The translations under genes and the position numbers were made by a program. A DNA stretch of 49,415 nt from Chiloscyllium plagiosum (Eukaryota), in assembly GCF_004010195.1 (NCBI RefSeq), contig NC_057750.1, positions 15,051,273-15,100,687 of the forward strand, in the 5' to 3' direction. This document shows positions 1 to 36,556 of this stretch, one piece after another (the first letter of the stretch is position 1; each line of letters begins with the position of its first letter). Below the pieces are notes generated by a model. The model did not search any database and had not been told where the DNA came from. It saw nothing but the letters and a program-made list of their open reading frames with translations.

Positions 1-1230
1 GACCTTGGTTGTTGGTAAGATTTTGGAGTCCATTATTAAAATTGAAATTGTGGAGTACTTGGAAGTGCATGGTCAAATAAGGCTGAGTCAGCACGGCTTC
101 ATCAAGGGGAGGTCATGCCTGACAAATCTATCGAATTCTCTGAGAAGGTAACAAGCAAGTCAAACAAAGAAGAACCGGTCAGCATATCCACGTGAATTTC
201 CAGAAGGCCTTAGTCAAAGTGCCACACAGAAGGCTGCAAAATAGGAAAAGAGCTCATAACGTGAGGGGCAAGGTACTGGCATGGATAGGGAAATGGCTGA
301 CTGGCAGAAGACAGCGAGTGTGTATGAAGGGGTCTTGTTCAGGATGGCAGCCAAAGGAGTTCCGCAGGGATCTCTTCACATTATGCATTAACGATCTGGC
401 TAAAGGAACTGAGGGCATTGTTGTTAAATTTACGGATGACACAAAGATAGATGGGGGGGGCAGGCAGTGCTGAGGAAGCGGGGAGGCTGCAGAAGGACTT
501 GGACACGGTAGAAGAGTGGGCAAAGAAGTGGCAAATGGAATACAATGTGGGCAAGTGTGAGATTATGTATTTATTTTAGGAAGCTTAGGAGCATAGACTA
601 TTTTTTAAATGGGGAAAGGCTTTAGAAATCTGAAGCACAAAGGCAGTTTCGGCATCCTGGATCAAGATTCTCTTAAGGTTAACCACAGGCTCAGCTGGCA
701 GTTAGGAAGACGCATGCAATGTTAGCATTCATTTCAAGAGAACTAGAATACAAGAGCAGGGATGTACTGCTGAGGCTGTATAAGCCTTGAGTCAGGCTGG
801 TTTTGGAATATTGTGAGCAGTTTTGGGCCCCATATTTAAGGAAGAATGTGCTGGACTTGAAGGGGGTCCAGAGGAGATTTGCAAGAATAATCACTGCAAT
901 GAAGGACTTGTCCTATGAAGGGGGGTGTGGACTCTAGGTTTTTACTTGATGGAGATTAGAAGGATGAGGGGGGAACTGATTGATACTTAAAGAATATAAG
1001 AGTTCTGGGTAGAGTGGATGTGGACAAGATATTTCCACTAGTCAAAGAAGGCTTAGCTTCAAAGTGAAGGGTGATCCTTTAAAACTGAAATGAAGAGGAT
1101 TTATTCAGGCAGATTTATTCAGGGTTTTGGGGAGAAAGTAGGTGAATGGTGTTGAGAAACCTATCAGCCATGCTCGAATGGTAGAGCAGAAATCGATAGG
1201 CCGAATTTTGCTGTTATTATCATATGGTCT
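1..1230 (+). mobile_element. CR1-clade LINE, decayed RT region and 3' end
   Basis: QHGFIKGRSCLTNL and KFTDDTKI motifs, with frameshifts. Confidence 0.9.
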
Positions 1231-1879
1231 GTGCTACCGTTTGTGTGCAGAAGTGCTTCCCAATATTTCTCCTGAACAGTTTGGCCCTCGTTCTCAGACT
1301 GTGCCCTGTGTAATGATGGCTCTGACCAATCCATGTTTCAGATGGTAGTGGCTCGCCTGGTGATCATGGGTCTCTTGGATTCTGGACATTTCAACAATAT
1401 GTGTCAGTGTTTACGAAATGTTCTGATCTCTGTTAGGGTACTCCCTCGACGTTGGTCCCAGCTGGCATTTTCCATGGACCTGAAAGGTTGGCTGTAGTTG
1501 GCCACACTCAGGACTTTAGTTGTAATTTTTCACTTGAAAGAGGACGCCTACAATGGCTGACATATTCTACTCTAACATGGGAGTAACCATTGTGTAAGAA
1601 GCTAATAGTCCTCCAGAGAACATAAAATATAAAAAAATCCCTGTGTGTGCTGGAGATTTGAAATGAAGAGAGTGGTGGAAAAGCTCAGCAGGACCAGGAA
1701 AAACTTCCTCGCATGAGGATTTGGAATGCATTACCTGATAGAGAGATGATACAGATTTGATTGTAGTGTTTAAAAAGAATTTAATATGGATGGAGGAATT
1801 TATCTTTAGAAGAGTCACTGCAGATTTGAATAGATTGTCTCTTTTGCAATTTTGTTGTATGATTCGATGACAACTCTGA

Positions 1880-25635
<23,756 letters not shown>

Positions 25636-25730
25636 TAAAAAAAACTCAGTGCTGAACTGGCAGAAGTGGGTTCAGTTGGATTGGGACATCACCTCATAGA
25701 TTCACTGAGACTTTTGTGAGTTCAGTGAGC

Positions 25731-25773
25731 ATTCTCTCCCTTACACCTCTCTCCTCTCTCTCTCCTTCTCTCT

Positions 25774-25807
<34 letters not shown>

Positions 25808-25991
25808 CTCTCTCTCTCTCTCCCTCTCTCTCTCCTTCTCTCTCTCTCTCTCTCCTTCTCTCTCTCTCTCCTTCTCTCTCTCTCTCCTTCTGTCTCTCTC
25901 TCTCTCTCCTTCTGTCTCTCTCTCTCTCTCCTTCTGTCTCTCTCTCTCTCTCCTTCTGTCTCTCTCTCTCTCCTTCTGTCTCTCTCTCTCT
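25731..25991 (+). repeat. Compound (CT)n microsatellite in the PAF1 3' UTR region
   Basis: About 260-nt polypyrimidine tract with recurrent ccttc/ctgtc interruptions. Confidence 0.95.
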
Positions 25992-26163
25992 GTGTTAATG
26001 CATTTGGTGAGTATAGATAGCTGTATGTGGAAACCTTGAGTGACCGACCGAGGTATGTAGCTGGTGTGGAAGATTTTAACTCCGCTAAATGCTGATGTTT
26101 AAGCTCATTTTTATAAACATTTGTAAAAAAAATTCCAACATTCTATGAGATCTTTAAATAGAC

Positions 26164-26169
26164 ATTAAA
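26164..26169 (+). promoter_or_regulatory. Candidate PAF1 polyadenylation signal (ATTAAA)
   Basis: First hexamer signal I see after the stop codon, about 530 nt downstream; not verified. Confidence 0.4.
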
Positions 26170-26473
26170 ATTCCATGGTGTTAAACCTGACACTGAGCTG
26201 GCAATGGAGAATGTGTACAAGTAAAATGCAACGGGAGAGATTTGGGGATTCAAGTTCCTCATTCGAACCAGACACTGCATTTGAGAATAGAAAATATTTT
26301 TGTTGGAGAGAAGTTCATCTACTTTTGTGCTGGATTTTCTGAAGATCTATACAGGATGGAACGACACGACTGGGACATTCTTGTTGCACGTTCCAGGATT
26401 AACCTGCCATGAGTTTTATGTTCGGGTGCAAAAGAAATCACTCCATTTATTAAAAAGAGCTGTAACTCATACT

Positions 26474-26652
26474 CAAAACCAGAAATTGCTGGAAAAGCTC
26501 AGCAGGTCTGGCAGCATCTGGAGAGAAATCAGAGTTAATGTTTTGAGTCCAGTTCTGAGCAAGTGTCACTGGGCCCGAAACTTTAACTCTGATTTCTCTC
26601 CACAGGCGCTGCCAGACCTGCTGAACTTTTCCAGCAGTTTCAGTATTTGTTT
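26474..26652. mobile_element. Penelope-like inverted-repeat insertion (further family)
   Basis: gctggaaaagctcagcaggtctggcagc / gctgccagacctgctgaacttttccagc arms; decayed ctgagca..cccgaaac core. Confidence 0.7.
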
Positions 26653-26764
26653 CACTCATTTATTCATGGTTTTGAGTGATCTCTGCATCTTTGCCAACTC
26701 TTCACCTGAGTTTTAGGAAGTCGATGAACAATGTTAGTTTATGCAAAGTGAGCTGCAGGAAGGC

Positions 26765-27278
26765 ATAGAGTCACAGAGAGGTACAGCATGGAAACAGACC
26801 CTTCGGTCCAACCCGTCCATGCCGACCAGATATCCCAACACAATCCAGTCCCACCTGCCAGTACCTGGCCCATATCCCTCCAAACCCTTCCGATTCATAT
26901 ACCCATCCAGATGCCTTTTAAATATTGCAATTGCACTAACCCCCACCATTTTCTCTAGCAGCTCATTCCATACACGTATCACCCTCTGCGTGAAAAGGTT
27001 GCCCCTTAGGTCTCTTTTATATCTTGCCCCCCTCACCTTAAACCTATGCCCTCGAGTTCTGGACTCCCCCACTCCAGGGAAAAGACTTTGCCTATTTACC
27101 CTATCTATGCCCCTCATGATTTTATAAACCTCTATAAGGTCACCCCTCAGCCTCCGACGCTCCAGGGAAAACAGCCCCAGCCTATTCAGCCTCTCCCTTT
27201 AGCTCAAATCCTCCAACCCTGGCAACATCCTTGTAAATCTTTTCTGAACTCTTTCAAGTTTCACAACATCTTTCATGT
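26765..27278 (-). mobile_element. CR1 (HER1-like) 3' end
   Basis: ORF 26734..27117 MRGIDRVNRQSLFP..RGNLFTQRVIRVWNEL. Confidence 0.92.
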
Positions 27279-29487
27279 TGCAGGTTTGGCTCCCAGAAAG
27301 ATATGGGGGGCTCTGCTGTGAGTGGGAATTGTAAAAGCTAACCTTTCACCCTGCTAGTTCTGTTTTATTTACTGAGGGAGGGGTAAAAGCTGTTGCTGCT
27401 CTTGACCCGAGTGTTAGTTTGGAATGAAGGGGTGAAGTTCCCAAGAGCGTAGGAACTACAGAATCATGAGCTAACTGCGTGTAATGAAAATGCTTGTGAA
27501 AGAGAGAGTAGATCTGCCAAGCTGTCAAGTTACATTAATCCCCTTCCCTTTAAAAGTTGAAAGAAATCCAGCCTGCTTATGTTTGTCAATTGTAAATCAT
27601 AATCTGTGCTAACAATTTCAATACCTTTTTGTTGACATTAGTGAGCCTTATTACACCCGTTATGTGATCTCTCAACTTTGAAACCTCTCCAACCAGCGCT
27701 CATGTTCTCAGTTCACCAGTGTCTTAACATTTCTCAGGGTTTATCCTGAAGCCCCAGAGCTTTGGAATTTACTGATCATCTTTAGTTAGGCTGATCAGCA
27801 GAGACCCTCCAGAGTGTTGTGCTGAAATTGATAATCCAATTGGAATGTGGAAATAATGGGAAATCCACTGAACCTAGACTTCCATAAAGTTCCACATGAA
27901 AGGTTGTTAGTTCAGCTCAAAAGTTGTAGGGGGGCAAGAAGAGGATTGGGAAGTGGAGCAGAAATTATCTGAAAGGGCGTAAAATGGATGGTCATTTAGG
28001 GGAGAAATGATGTGATGCATTGAGTCAGGTCCCTAAGGCTCAGTGTTGGGGCCACTGGTTTTTCTCGTTTAAACCTGTAAATGTGGTTACAGAAACTCCA
28101 CTGAAGTGATTACATTGTGGGGAATATGGACCAAACACAGGAAAATGGAGTTAGGCCACAGATCAGCAATGATCTTATTTTATGAGGAACAGGCTTGAGG
28201 GGCTGAAAAGCTTACTGCTGTTCCTAGGTGTGGGGGAAGACAACAGACAGTGAATTCAAAGAGACATGAACTAAATTAGATAAGATACGTCAGGGTATGA
28301 CAATAGGTGAAATAGTTGAATTATACTGCATGTAGGGATGTGTGCAAATAATGAACCATGTACCCACCTTTGATGCGTCCAATTGTGTTTGCAGAGGTTG
28401 TTGCTTTTCATAGCAATGAGCTCAGTGTCCGCTTACAAACAATTGTCAAACTGAGAGACCTGATGAGAAGATTCCTGTATACAGCTGCCACTATTTGGGA
28501 GGGTGCTGTTAGTGACTAACTTTTCCCTTAATTCTTATGGTGTTGCCTCCTCCCAGACTAGCACCATAGTCTCCCCCATAATAGTGGCCAATCTGTATTG
28601 ACCCAGTGACTGATTCACTACCCACAACCCTTTGCTTTCTGAGTGGCGGTAGCAGCCTGATGCAGTGCAACATTTTCCTGTTGTACAGCGTGGGTTCAAT
28701 GGGGATCATTAGAGAGGCCCCACCACTGGTGTCATAAAGCAGAGATTCACTATCCAATTAGGGATTGACTCAAACCTGTCCTTGCCGAGCTTTGCAAATT
28801 CATGAGAGGAATATGGACCTGAAGTAAACCATTCAGCCATTTTGCCATCGTCTGCCAATATGATCTCGGCTGAGGTTATGCCTCAGCTTCTCTTTTCTTA
28901 CCCATTCCCCATATCCCTGATTCCATGAGGGATCAAAAACCTGTTATTCCCAGCATTAAATGCATCTACATCAAACTGACACCCAGGATAAAGATAAAGT
29001 GCACTTTACCCTCTGCCTCTGCTAGGTATGACCCTTGGGTATGGTTTGTGTTCTTGTGATATAATTACTGTTTCCAACTGACGTTAGCAGGAACAGAGAG
29101 GCTGATTTCTAGATCTTTGGCGCACGTGAAACCTAATAAAATCGAAGGCAAACCATTGCAATTAGTAAAGCCAAGAGCCTCTACTGCATAACCAATCCAA
29201 TGCACGCCCACACTGCTGTCATTCAGATGAAGAACTCCTCTCACTGATCTGTAATTTACACATGTGTGGCTATGTAAGGGTAAGATGTTGAGCAGATTAC
29301 CAAAAGGTTAGATGATACAGTAACAGCAGAACTGATGCACAGATTCTGAAGATATTGAATGAACAAGATAAGAGTTTGATGATGTATTTGGTAACGTCTG
29401 AGGTGACTTGCGTATTACTGTTATTGCTAGTTCCTGAAATGATGCATGACACAGGAGGGTCCAACAGTAAAAGGGAGACTCCTTTAA

Positions 29488-29760
29488 AAGCTCATTCATG
29501 GGATGTGGGCGTCACTGACGAGACCAACATTTATTGACCATTTCCAGTTGGCTTTTGAGGTGACGGTGAACATCTTTCATGAGCGATTGCAGTCCATGTG
29601 ATGCAAGTCCACCCACAATGCTGTTATGACAGGAATTTCAGGACTTTGACCCAGCTTTAGTGATGGAGCAGTGACGTAGTTTCAAGTTGATGAGTTGTGT
29701 GGCGTGGAGGGGAACTTGGAAGTGATGGCGTTCTGCCCTTGTTCTTCGAGAAAGAAGCAG
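29488..29760 (-). mobile_element. L2-like LINE 3' fragment
   Basis: cattcatgggatgtgggcgtcactg tail, antisense. Confidence 0.6.
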
Positions 29761-30045
29761 CAATGTTAAGTCTAGAGTTTGATACTGGACAGACAGTCCA
29801 GACTCTTCCTTAAGGTTCCAGACGATTAGAGACGGACGGGGGCAAAGAGGCAAGATCAAAGGAGCTGCTGTGCCATGCTGCTGAGGAATTGGGAATTAAT
29901 CGGAGATTGAGAGGCTGAGGAAAAATTAAGAATTTCTACTAGAAGGCCAGCATTTTCTTTGGGAGCGTAACCTTCCAAACGCTGCAATTTAGAAGGAGGA
30001 TTGTGTGAATGGAAAGTGAAACTAGAAAGCAAACACAGTTACACT

Positions 30046-30645
30046 GAGAGTCAAGAGTGTGGTGCTGGAAAAGCACAGCAGATCAGGCAGCATCCGAGGA
30101 GCAGGAGAATCGACATTTCGGGCATAAGCCCTTCATCTGGAATGAGGCTTGTGGGCCGGGGCTGAGAAATAAATGGGAGGGGGAGGGGGGTCTGGGGGGG
30201 AAGATAACTGAGAAAGCAATAGGTGGATGAAGGTGAGGGAGAAGGTGATAGGTCAGTGGGGGAGTGATGGACAGGTCCGGAGGGTGGTGCCAGTTGGAAA
30301 CATCCAGTCCCTGTACACATCGATCCTCCATGACGAAGGTCTCCAAGCCCTCTGTTTCTTCCTCTCACGAGCTGGCCCAACCAGTACCCTTCCACTGACA
30401 CCCTCATCAGCCTGGCTGCACTGCTTCTCACCCTCAACAACATTTTCTTCCAATCCTCCCACTTCCTCCAAACCAAAGGGGTAGCCATGGGCACCTGCAT
30501 GGGACCCAGCTATGCCTACCTGTCTGTCGGATACGTGGAACAGTCCACCTTCCGGAGTTATACCAGCACCACCCTCCACCTGTTCCTCCACTACATCGAT
30601 GGCTGTATCAGCGCTGCCTCGTGCTCCCGCGAGGAGGTTGAACAG
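30046..30645. mobile_element. Penelope-like element: inverted terminal repeat (30046-30295) joined to an RT fragment on +
   Basis: IQSLYTSI..GLQAL..LTLNN..QTKGVAMGTCMGPSYA..GYVEQS..YIDG, PLE RT motifs with frameshifts. Confidence 0.88.
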
Positions 30646-31364
30646 TTACACCCCCCTCCCCTTTTGCTGCCCGAATTCTTTGACATTAAGTTCAAACTTT
30701 ACAACAACAATGACTTGCATTTGTGCAATATCATTACATCTCGAAAAGTGTCGCAAGATGTTTCACAGATTATAACCAGACCACAGTGTTTTACTGCTGA
30801 GAAACCACTATTTGTAAGAGAGAGAGAAAAATGTTTCTCAATCTAGGAGCTGTACTCAGGACTGTGTATAACTGATATACCTTCTATGATTTAATTTGGC
30901 CAGAATGGAATTTCACTCCCATTTGATATAGGCCCCTTTTCATTGAAGGCCCATAAGGCGAGTGAATGGAATGTTACAGTTAGCTCACCACGGTGAGGAT
31001 TTGACACTAATTTTACTTAAAACAGCAACATTAGTGTCAACATAGCCACTGAAACCATAATTCTTTGATTCCTATTGGACCTTCAGATTTCCAACTCTGA
31101 AGAGTCTTGTGTGCACTTAGTCCCTTATAAACTGTATCTAGGAATAAATGTTTAAATACAAAAAGTGCTTGAAATCTGTTTTTGCCTGCTGAGGCTTCCC
31201 AATAGAATACTTATCCCCGTTCTATCCAGCTTTGCTCTGTATGCTTCTGGTTCATGTCAGTTTGGCTCTCTCCAACTTTGTTTCTCCAACACTATGCAGT
31301 CAGGATCTACACTGTTCAGTATCATCATCCGTTCTGGTGCCCTGTCTAGCAATGCACTCCCCCG

Positions 31365-32130
31365 ACCAGGCTCACCATCTACAAGACACAAGTCAGGAGT
31401 GCAATGGAACACTCCCCACTTGCTTGAATTAGTGCAGCTTCAGCAACACTCAACAAGCTTGTCACCATCCAAATCAAAACAGCCCACTTGATGGCACCAC
31501 ATCTACAAATGTCCACTCCCTCCACCACTGACGTCCAGTAGCAGCAATGAGTTCCATTTACAAGATACACTGCAGTAGGTCCAATTCTCACCTCGGGCAA
31601 CTGTCTGTGTGGAGTTTGCACATTCTCCCTGTGTCTGCGTGGGTTTCCTCCGGGTGCTCCGGTTTCCTCCCACGGTCCAAAGATGTGCAGGTCAGGTGAA
31701 TTGGCCATGCTAAATTGCCCATAGTGTTAGGTGAAGGGGTAAATGTAGGGGAATGGGTCTGGGTGGGTTGCTCTTCGGAGGGTCGGTGTGGACTTGTTGG
31801 GCCGAAGGGCCTGTTTCCACACTGTAAGTAATCTAATCTGAACTCTCCATGACTCCCTTTGAAGCTCTCAACCACTTCCATCCAGAGGAACAAAGGCAAC
31901 AGATAAGTAGGAACACCACCTCGTGCAGGTGCCCCTCCAAGCCACTCATCTTCCTGACTTGGAAATATTTCACCGTTCCTTCAGTTGCTAAGTCAAAATC
32001 ATGGAATTTTCTCCTTAACAGCATTGTGGGTCCACTTACAGCATATGGACTGCAATGTTTAAAGAAGGGAGATCAAACCACCTCTGAAGGGGAAATTGGA
32101 GGTGGGCAAAAAATGGTAGCAACGCCCTGA
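31365..32130 (+). mobile_element. L2-like LINE 3' fragment interrupted by an HE1 SINE (31585-31839)
   Basis: accatctacaagacacaagtcaggagt...atggaatttctccttaacagcattgtggg; the SINE has a V-domain and aatct tail. Confidence 0.75.
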
Positions 32131-32305
32131 CTTAAACTTATTTAAAAAGCATCACTGTTGCTGAACTGTTGTTTCTCTCTGTCGTAAAATTAACAGGGTT
32201 GAGCTTGATGGAAGTGTGATGAGTTTGCTTCAGTTCTACTGTGTCCTTAAGCAGCTCATGAAGACATTTTGCATTGGGTCTGTACTGTCTGGGCAGATTA
32301 CTGTC

Positions 32306-32640
32306 TGGGTGGTGTGGTGACACAGTGGTTAGCATTGCTGCCTCACAGTGTCAGGGTCCCGACTTCAATTCTACCCTCTAGCGACTGCCTGTGTGAAATT
32401 TGCATGTTCTTTCTGTGTCTGAGTAGGTTTCCTCTGGGTGCTCCAGCTTCCTCCTACATTCCAGCGATGTGCAGGTTAGATGGATTGACCATGCTAAATT
32501 GTTGGGGGATGTGCAGGCTGGGTGGATTAGCCATGGGAAATGCAGAGTTACAGGGATATAGTAGGGGGATGGGTCTGGGTGCGATGCTATTGTTGACCTG
32601 ATGGGCCAAAAGGCCTCCTGCCATACTGTAGAGAGTCTAT
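32306..32640 (+). mobile_element. HE1-type V-SINE, older copy
   Basis: Diverged head, V-domain and tail. Confidence 0.8.
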
Positions 32641-32896
32641 AATTCTGTGTTTGGATTAGCTTCGTCCCTGTGGTGAAGTATTTTGGAAAGTTTGAAGTAT
32701 AGCTCTCTCTGTGTCTGAAATAGCATTTCACCCATCAGAGCTGGAAACCCTTGTTTGTGGTGGTGATCTCCACATATGATTTTCAGCCCTGTAGGAAGAG
32801 CTTCTGAACAGTCTTGGACAACATGTTTTACTGATTGTGAGGGCATCATTGATGGGATAAACCTTTCTCTTTAATCTTTCACATCACTGGCAAGAC

Positions 32897-33216
32897 TGGG
32901 GTGGCACGGTGGCTCAGTGGTTAGCACTGCTGCCTCACAGCACCAGGGACCCAGGTTCAATTCCAGCCTCGGGCGGCTGTCTGTGTGCAGTTTGCACATT
33001 CTCCCCGTGTCTGTGTGGGTTTCCTCCGGGTGCTCCGGTTTCCTCCCACAGGCCAAAGATGTGCAGGTTACGTGAATTGGCCATGCTAAATTGCCCATAG
33101 TGATAGGTGCATTAGTTAGAGGGAAATGGGTCTGGGTGAGTTGCCCTTCGAAGGGTCAGTGTGGACTCTTTGGGCCGAAGGGCCTGTTTCCACACTGAAG
33201 GGAATCTAATCTAATC
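32897..33216 (+). mobile_element. HE1-type V-SINE, full length
   Basis: Head, V-domain and (aatct)n tail. Confidence 0.9.
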
Positions 33217-34135
33217 AAGACCAACAGTTGTTGGCCATGGCTTAATTGCTCTTGAACTGAATGGCTTGCTCGCTCATTTAGGAGAGCAGTCAAGAGGCAA
33301 CCACGTTGCTGTGGGTCTAGAGTCACATGTTGGTCAGAGAAGAGAAGGACAGCAGATTTCCATCGATAAAGGACGTGACACAGTGGCAGATTTGAGCCAG
33401 CAGCCTTTCGATGTTAGCCTCTGGGTTACCATTCCAGAGACTGTGCCACCATTTCTGCCCTTGCCTGCCACTCGAGAATCATCCCAATCAGATAATAAGA
33501 TGTGGGAGCTTTCAACCCATCATCAAATCTACTGCACCCTTCAATGAGATCTCAGCTGATCTGCTAATCCTCAACTGCACTTTCCTGCCTTTTCTCCCAT
33601 AATCCCTTGATTCCCTTATTATTAAAAATCTGTCTCTACTTTGAATACATTTAACAACCCCACTGCAGTAAATAATTCTCCAGTTTCACTATCCTCTGTT
33701 CCTCTGAGATTCAGTGCCTTGTCTGTCCTAACTGGGCAATTCCTCCCTCTGAGGTGATACTCTCTGGTCCTAGACTCTCCCACAAGGAGAAACAACCTTT
33801 TCGCATGTACCCTGTCAAGCGATTAAAAATCTTTTATGTTTCAATAACGTCGACTCTCATTCTTCTAAGCTCTAAGGATGAGATTTCTGCTTTCTGGAGA
33901 GTGATAGTTTGTTAGGATGTCCAGCATTTGGTATTGGGAGGGTGGGTGCTGGGGTACTTGGAGGCCAGACATCATTTAACCATCTTTCAACCATGGTTGC
34001 TCGCCACATCAGGAACATATGTTCTTGTAATGCTGTGTATCCGATATAGTGAAGTGAAGTTACACACTCAGCAGTTCAGACACCTGACAGTTGTGTGACT
34101 AGGGCCCTTGCTCAGTTGTGGTCCCTCATGTGACC

Positions 34136-34370
34136 GAGTCGAAGAGTGTGGTGCTGGAAAAGTGCAGTGGGTCAGGCAGCATCCGAGGAGCAGGAGAATC
34201 GACGTTTCGAACATAAGCCCTTCATCAGGAATGGCCGAAACATTGATTCTCCTGCTCCTCGGACGCTGCCCGACAGGCTGTACTTTTCCAGCACCACACT
34301 CTTCGACTCGGTCACACGAGGGACCACTCTTCGACTGATCCCCAGCATCTGCCGTCCTGAGTATCTCCTG
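34136..34370. mobile_element. Penelope-like inverted-repeat insertion
   Basis: Arms 34136-34210 / 34236-34309; - strand hammerhead core ctgatgaagggcttatgttcgaaacgtc. Confidence 0.85.
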
Positions 34371-35074
34371 AGTTTGACTGGGCTTTGTTCTGCTTTCGTT
34401 CCTGCTTTGGGTTTTTTCTTTTCAAAGTCATTGTTCAGACCCACCAGTTTTCCATCAGCAATTTGATTTGACAACCAGATACCATGTATATAAAACAAAT
34501 TGGAGTGTTTTTATTTATATTAACCTGTAACAAGAAACAGGAGTATGGAACAAAATCAAGCACTTAAGCTGAATTGCCTTCTGCTGGCAGTTTGCAGATA
34601 ATCTCTGTCAAGGATCAGCACACACCTACCAAGCAATCTATTTTCACAGGGTAAGGAGCTCCTTGACTTTGCTTCCAGATTACCATCATTCTGTCATTTT
34701 CAGAGGGGTTTAACCCAGACCACACCTGCCTCTCCAGACCTCATTCTGGTAGGTGAGCGCCCTGATCAGAAAGTGGTTCTGTAAATCCAACGCTGAGAGC
34801 TGTAAGGTACAGCAACAGTCTCAACCCCTCAGGGAGTGGTGCTGCCCCTTTGAGATAGCAAAGCCAGCAGAAACCGTCAGGAAAACGGTGACAGAACACC
34901 AGAGCCAGAAATGGAAGAGGAAGTTGATGGCCAGTGCAGAAAAGAGTTTTTGGGGGACTCTAAAGGGATCATGTGTGGTCTGAATATTAAACAACTGCAA
35001 GACAGCATCAGACTCCCAATGTTTTACTGTATTATAGGCACTTCTGATTCAGCTGTTGACTGTTCATAGCTCCT

Positions 35075-35478
35075 TAAACAGCGCCTTCCAAATGCACAAC
35101 TTCTACCACCTGGAAGGACAGGAGCAGCAGCCACATTAGATTACTTACAGTGTGGAAACAGGCCCTTCGGCCCAACGGACCCACACCGACCCTCCGAAAG
35201 GCATAACCATCCAGACCCATTTCCCTCTGATTAATGCACCATGCTGCCCACATTGTAACACCGCACGGCCTGCAACTTTTCTTCCAGTTCTCACACAGCT
35301 CTGACTTAGAAATGTCTTGCTGTTCCATCCTCGTTGCCGAGTAAAATCCTGGAATAGCTGTCTGTGAGTGTACCCAGCACGAGCTGCAGAGTTTCAAGAT
35401 TACCGCTTTTCGAGGGCAGTTTGAAATAACCGACAATGGTGTTTTTGCCAACAATGCCCATGTCCCACGAATGAATGT
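35075..35478 (+). mobile_element. L2-like 3' fragment with a nested antisense HE1 tail (35136-35240)
   Basis: Ends in gcccatgtcccacgaatgaat. Confidence 0.55.
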
Positions 35479-36556
35479 TCCAAAGCAACAGCAGGCACAC
35501 CCATCAGTTCCTGATTGTTGACATTATTGGGTCCAATTTTATTTCCAAGCAGACACTGTGTTTATATTGATTCACTTGTCAGTTTAGCAGGATATGGATT
35601 GCGGGCTTGCTGCAGGAAATACAGTTCAAGCACCGTCAGAGCTCCAGGGAAAGGGTGGCTGTCAAAAAAAAGGACAACATTTAAATAGTCCTGTTAAAGC
35701 AGTAACAACTTCCAAGAAAAAATAAATCTCACTGACCAACTGAATTTCAGTAATGGTAATGCTTGGGCCCTCACTGAGGTGGTGCTGTCTGTAATTGTAT
35801 GTGACTGTATTGACTATCGCTGGAATAGTGCTACCTGGATCCCCACTGGGAGGATACTGTATGGACACAGACTCAAATGGCCCTGAGTTGTACTACGTGT
35901 AGATGCCTTGACTGAATCCACTGTCAGCTTTTGACATGCTTCATACTGTTCCCACTTGTCTCAATGAGGATTGGAACTGGAATAGATAAATGTCAATTGT
36001 ATCATTGGAGAGTGTCCCTGAGTTGCTTGGAATGTCAGCAGAATGAACATTAAACGGGCTGCAGAGCAGGGTGTAGGCATTGTAATTACGCAGACTGGCA
36101 AATGGTCAGAAGTGGTGTCCTCCAAAGAACAGTGCTGTGAGGGCCATTGCTGCATAAAGGAATTAGACTGTACATCGGAGATACAGTTTTAAAATTTGTG
36201 GATGACACCAAAATAGGGGTGCATAATTAATATGAGGAGGACGTGACAAAGTACTCCGAGAAATGAATAAAATTGCAGAATGGACATGTAATTGACAAAT
36301 GAACTCTAAGATAGATAGGTGTATGGTTGTAATTTTTAGTCAGAAGATTTGAGGATGCCACAAATAAGGTTGAGAAGAACAGCAATTGAGGGGTTACAGG
36401 GATACAAATCTCTGAGGTTAATAAGGCCACTTCGAAAAAGAGTCAAACAAAACGCTGGACTTCAATTCGAGTGGAAGAGAACTAAGAGTATAGGAGTTAT
36501 GTTGAACTTGTGTCAAACTGCAAATGGGGGATATCCAACATGAAGCAGTTCAGGCC

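Noticed and set aside
25716..26039. 107-aa Ser/Leu-repeat ORF
   Set aside because: Translation of the (CT)n microsatellite.
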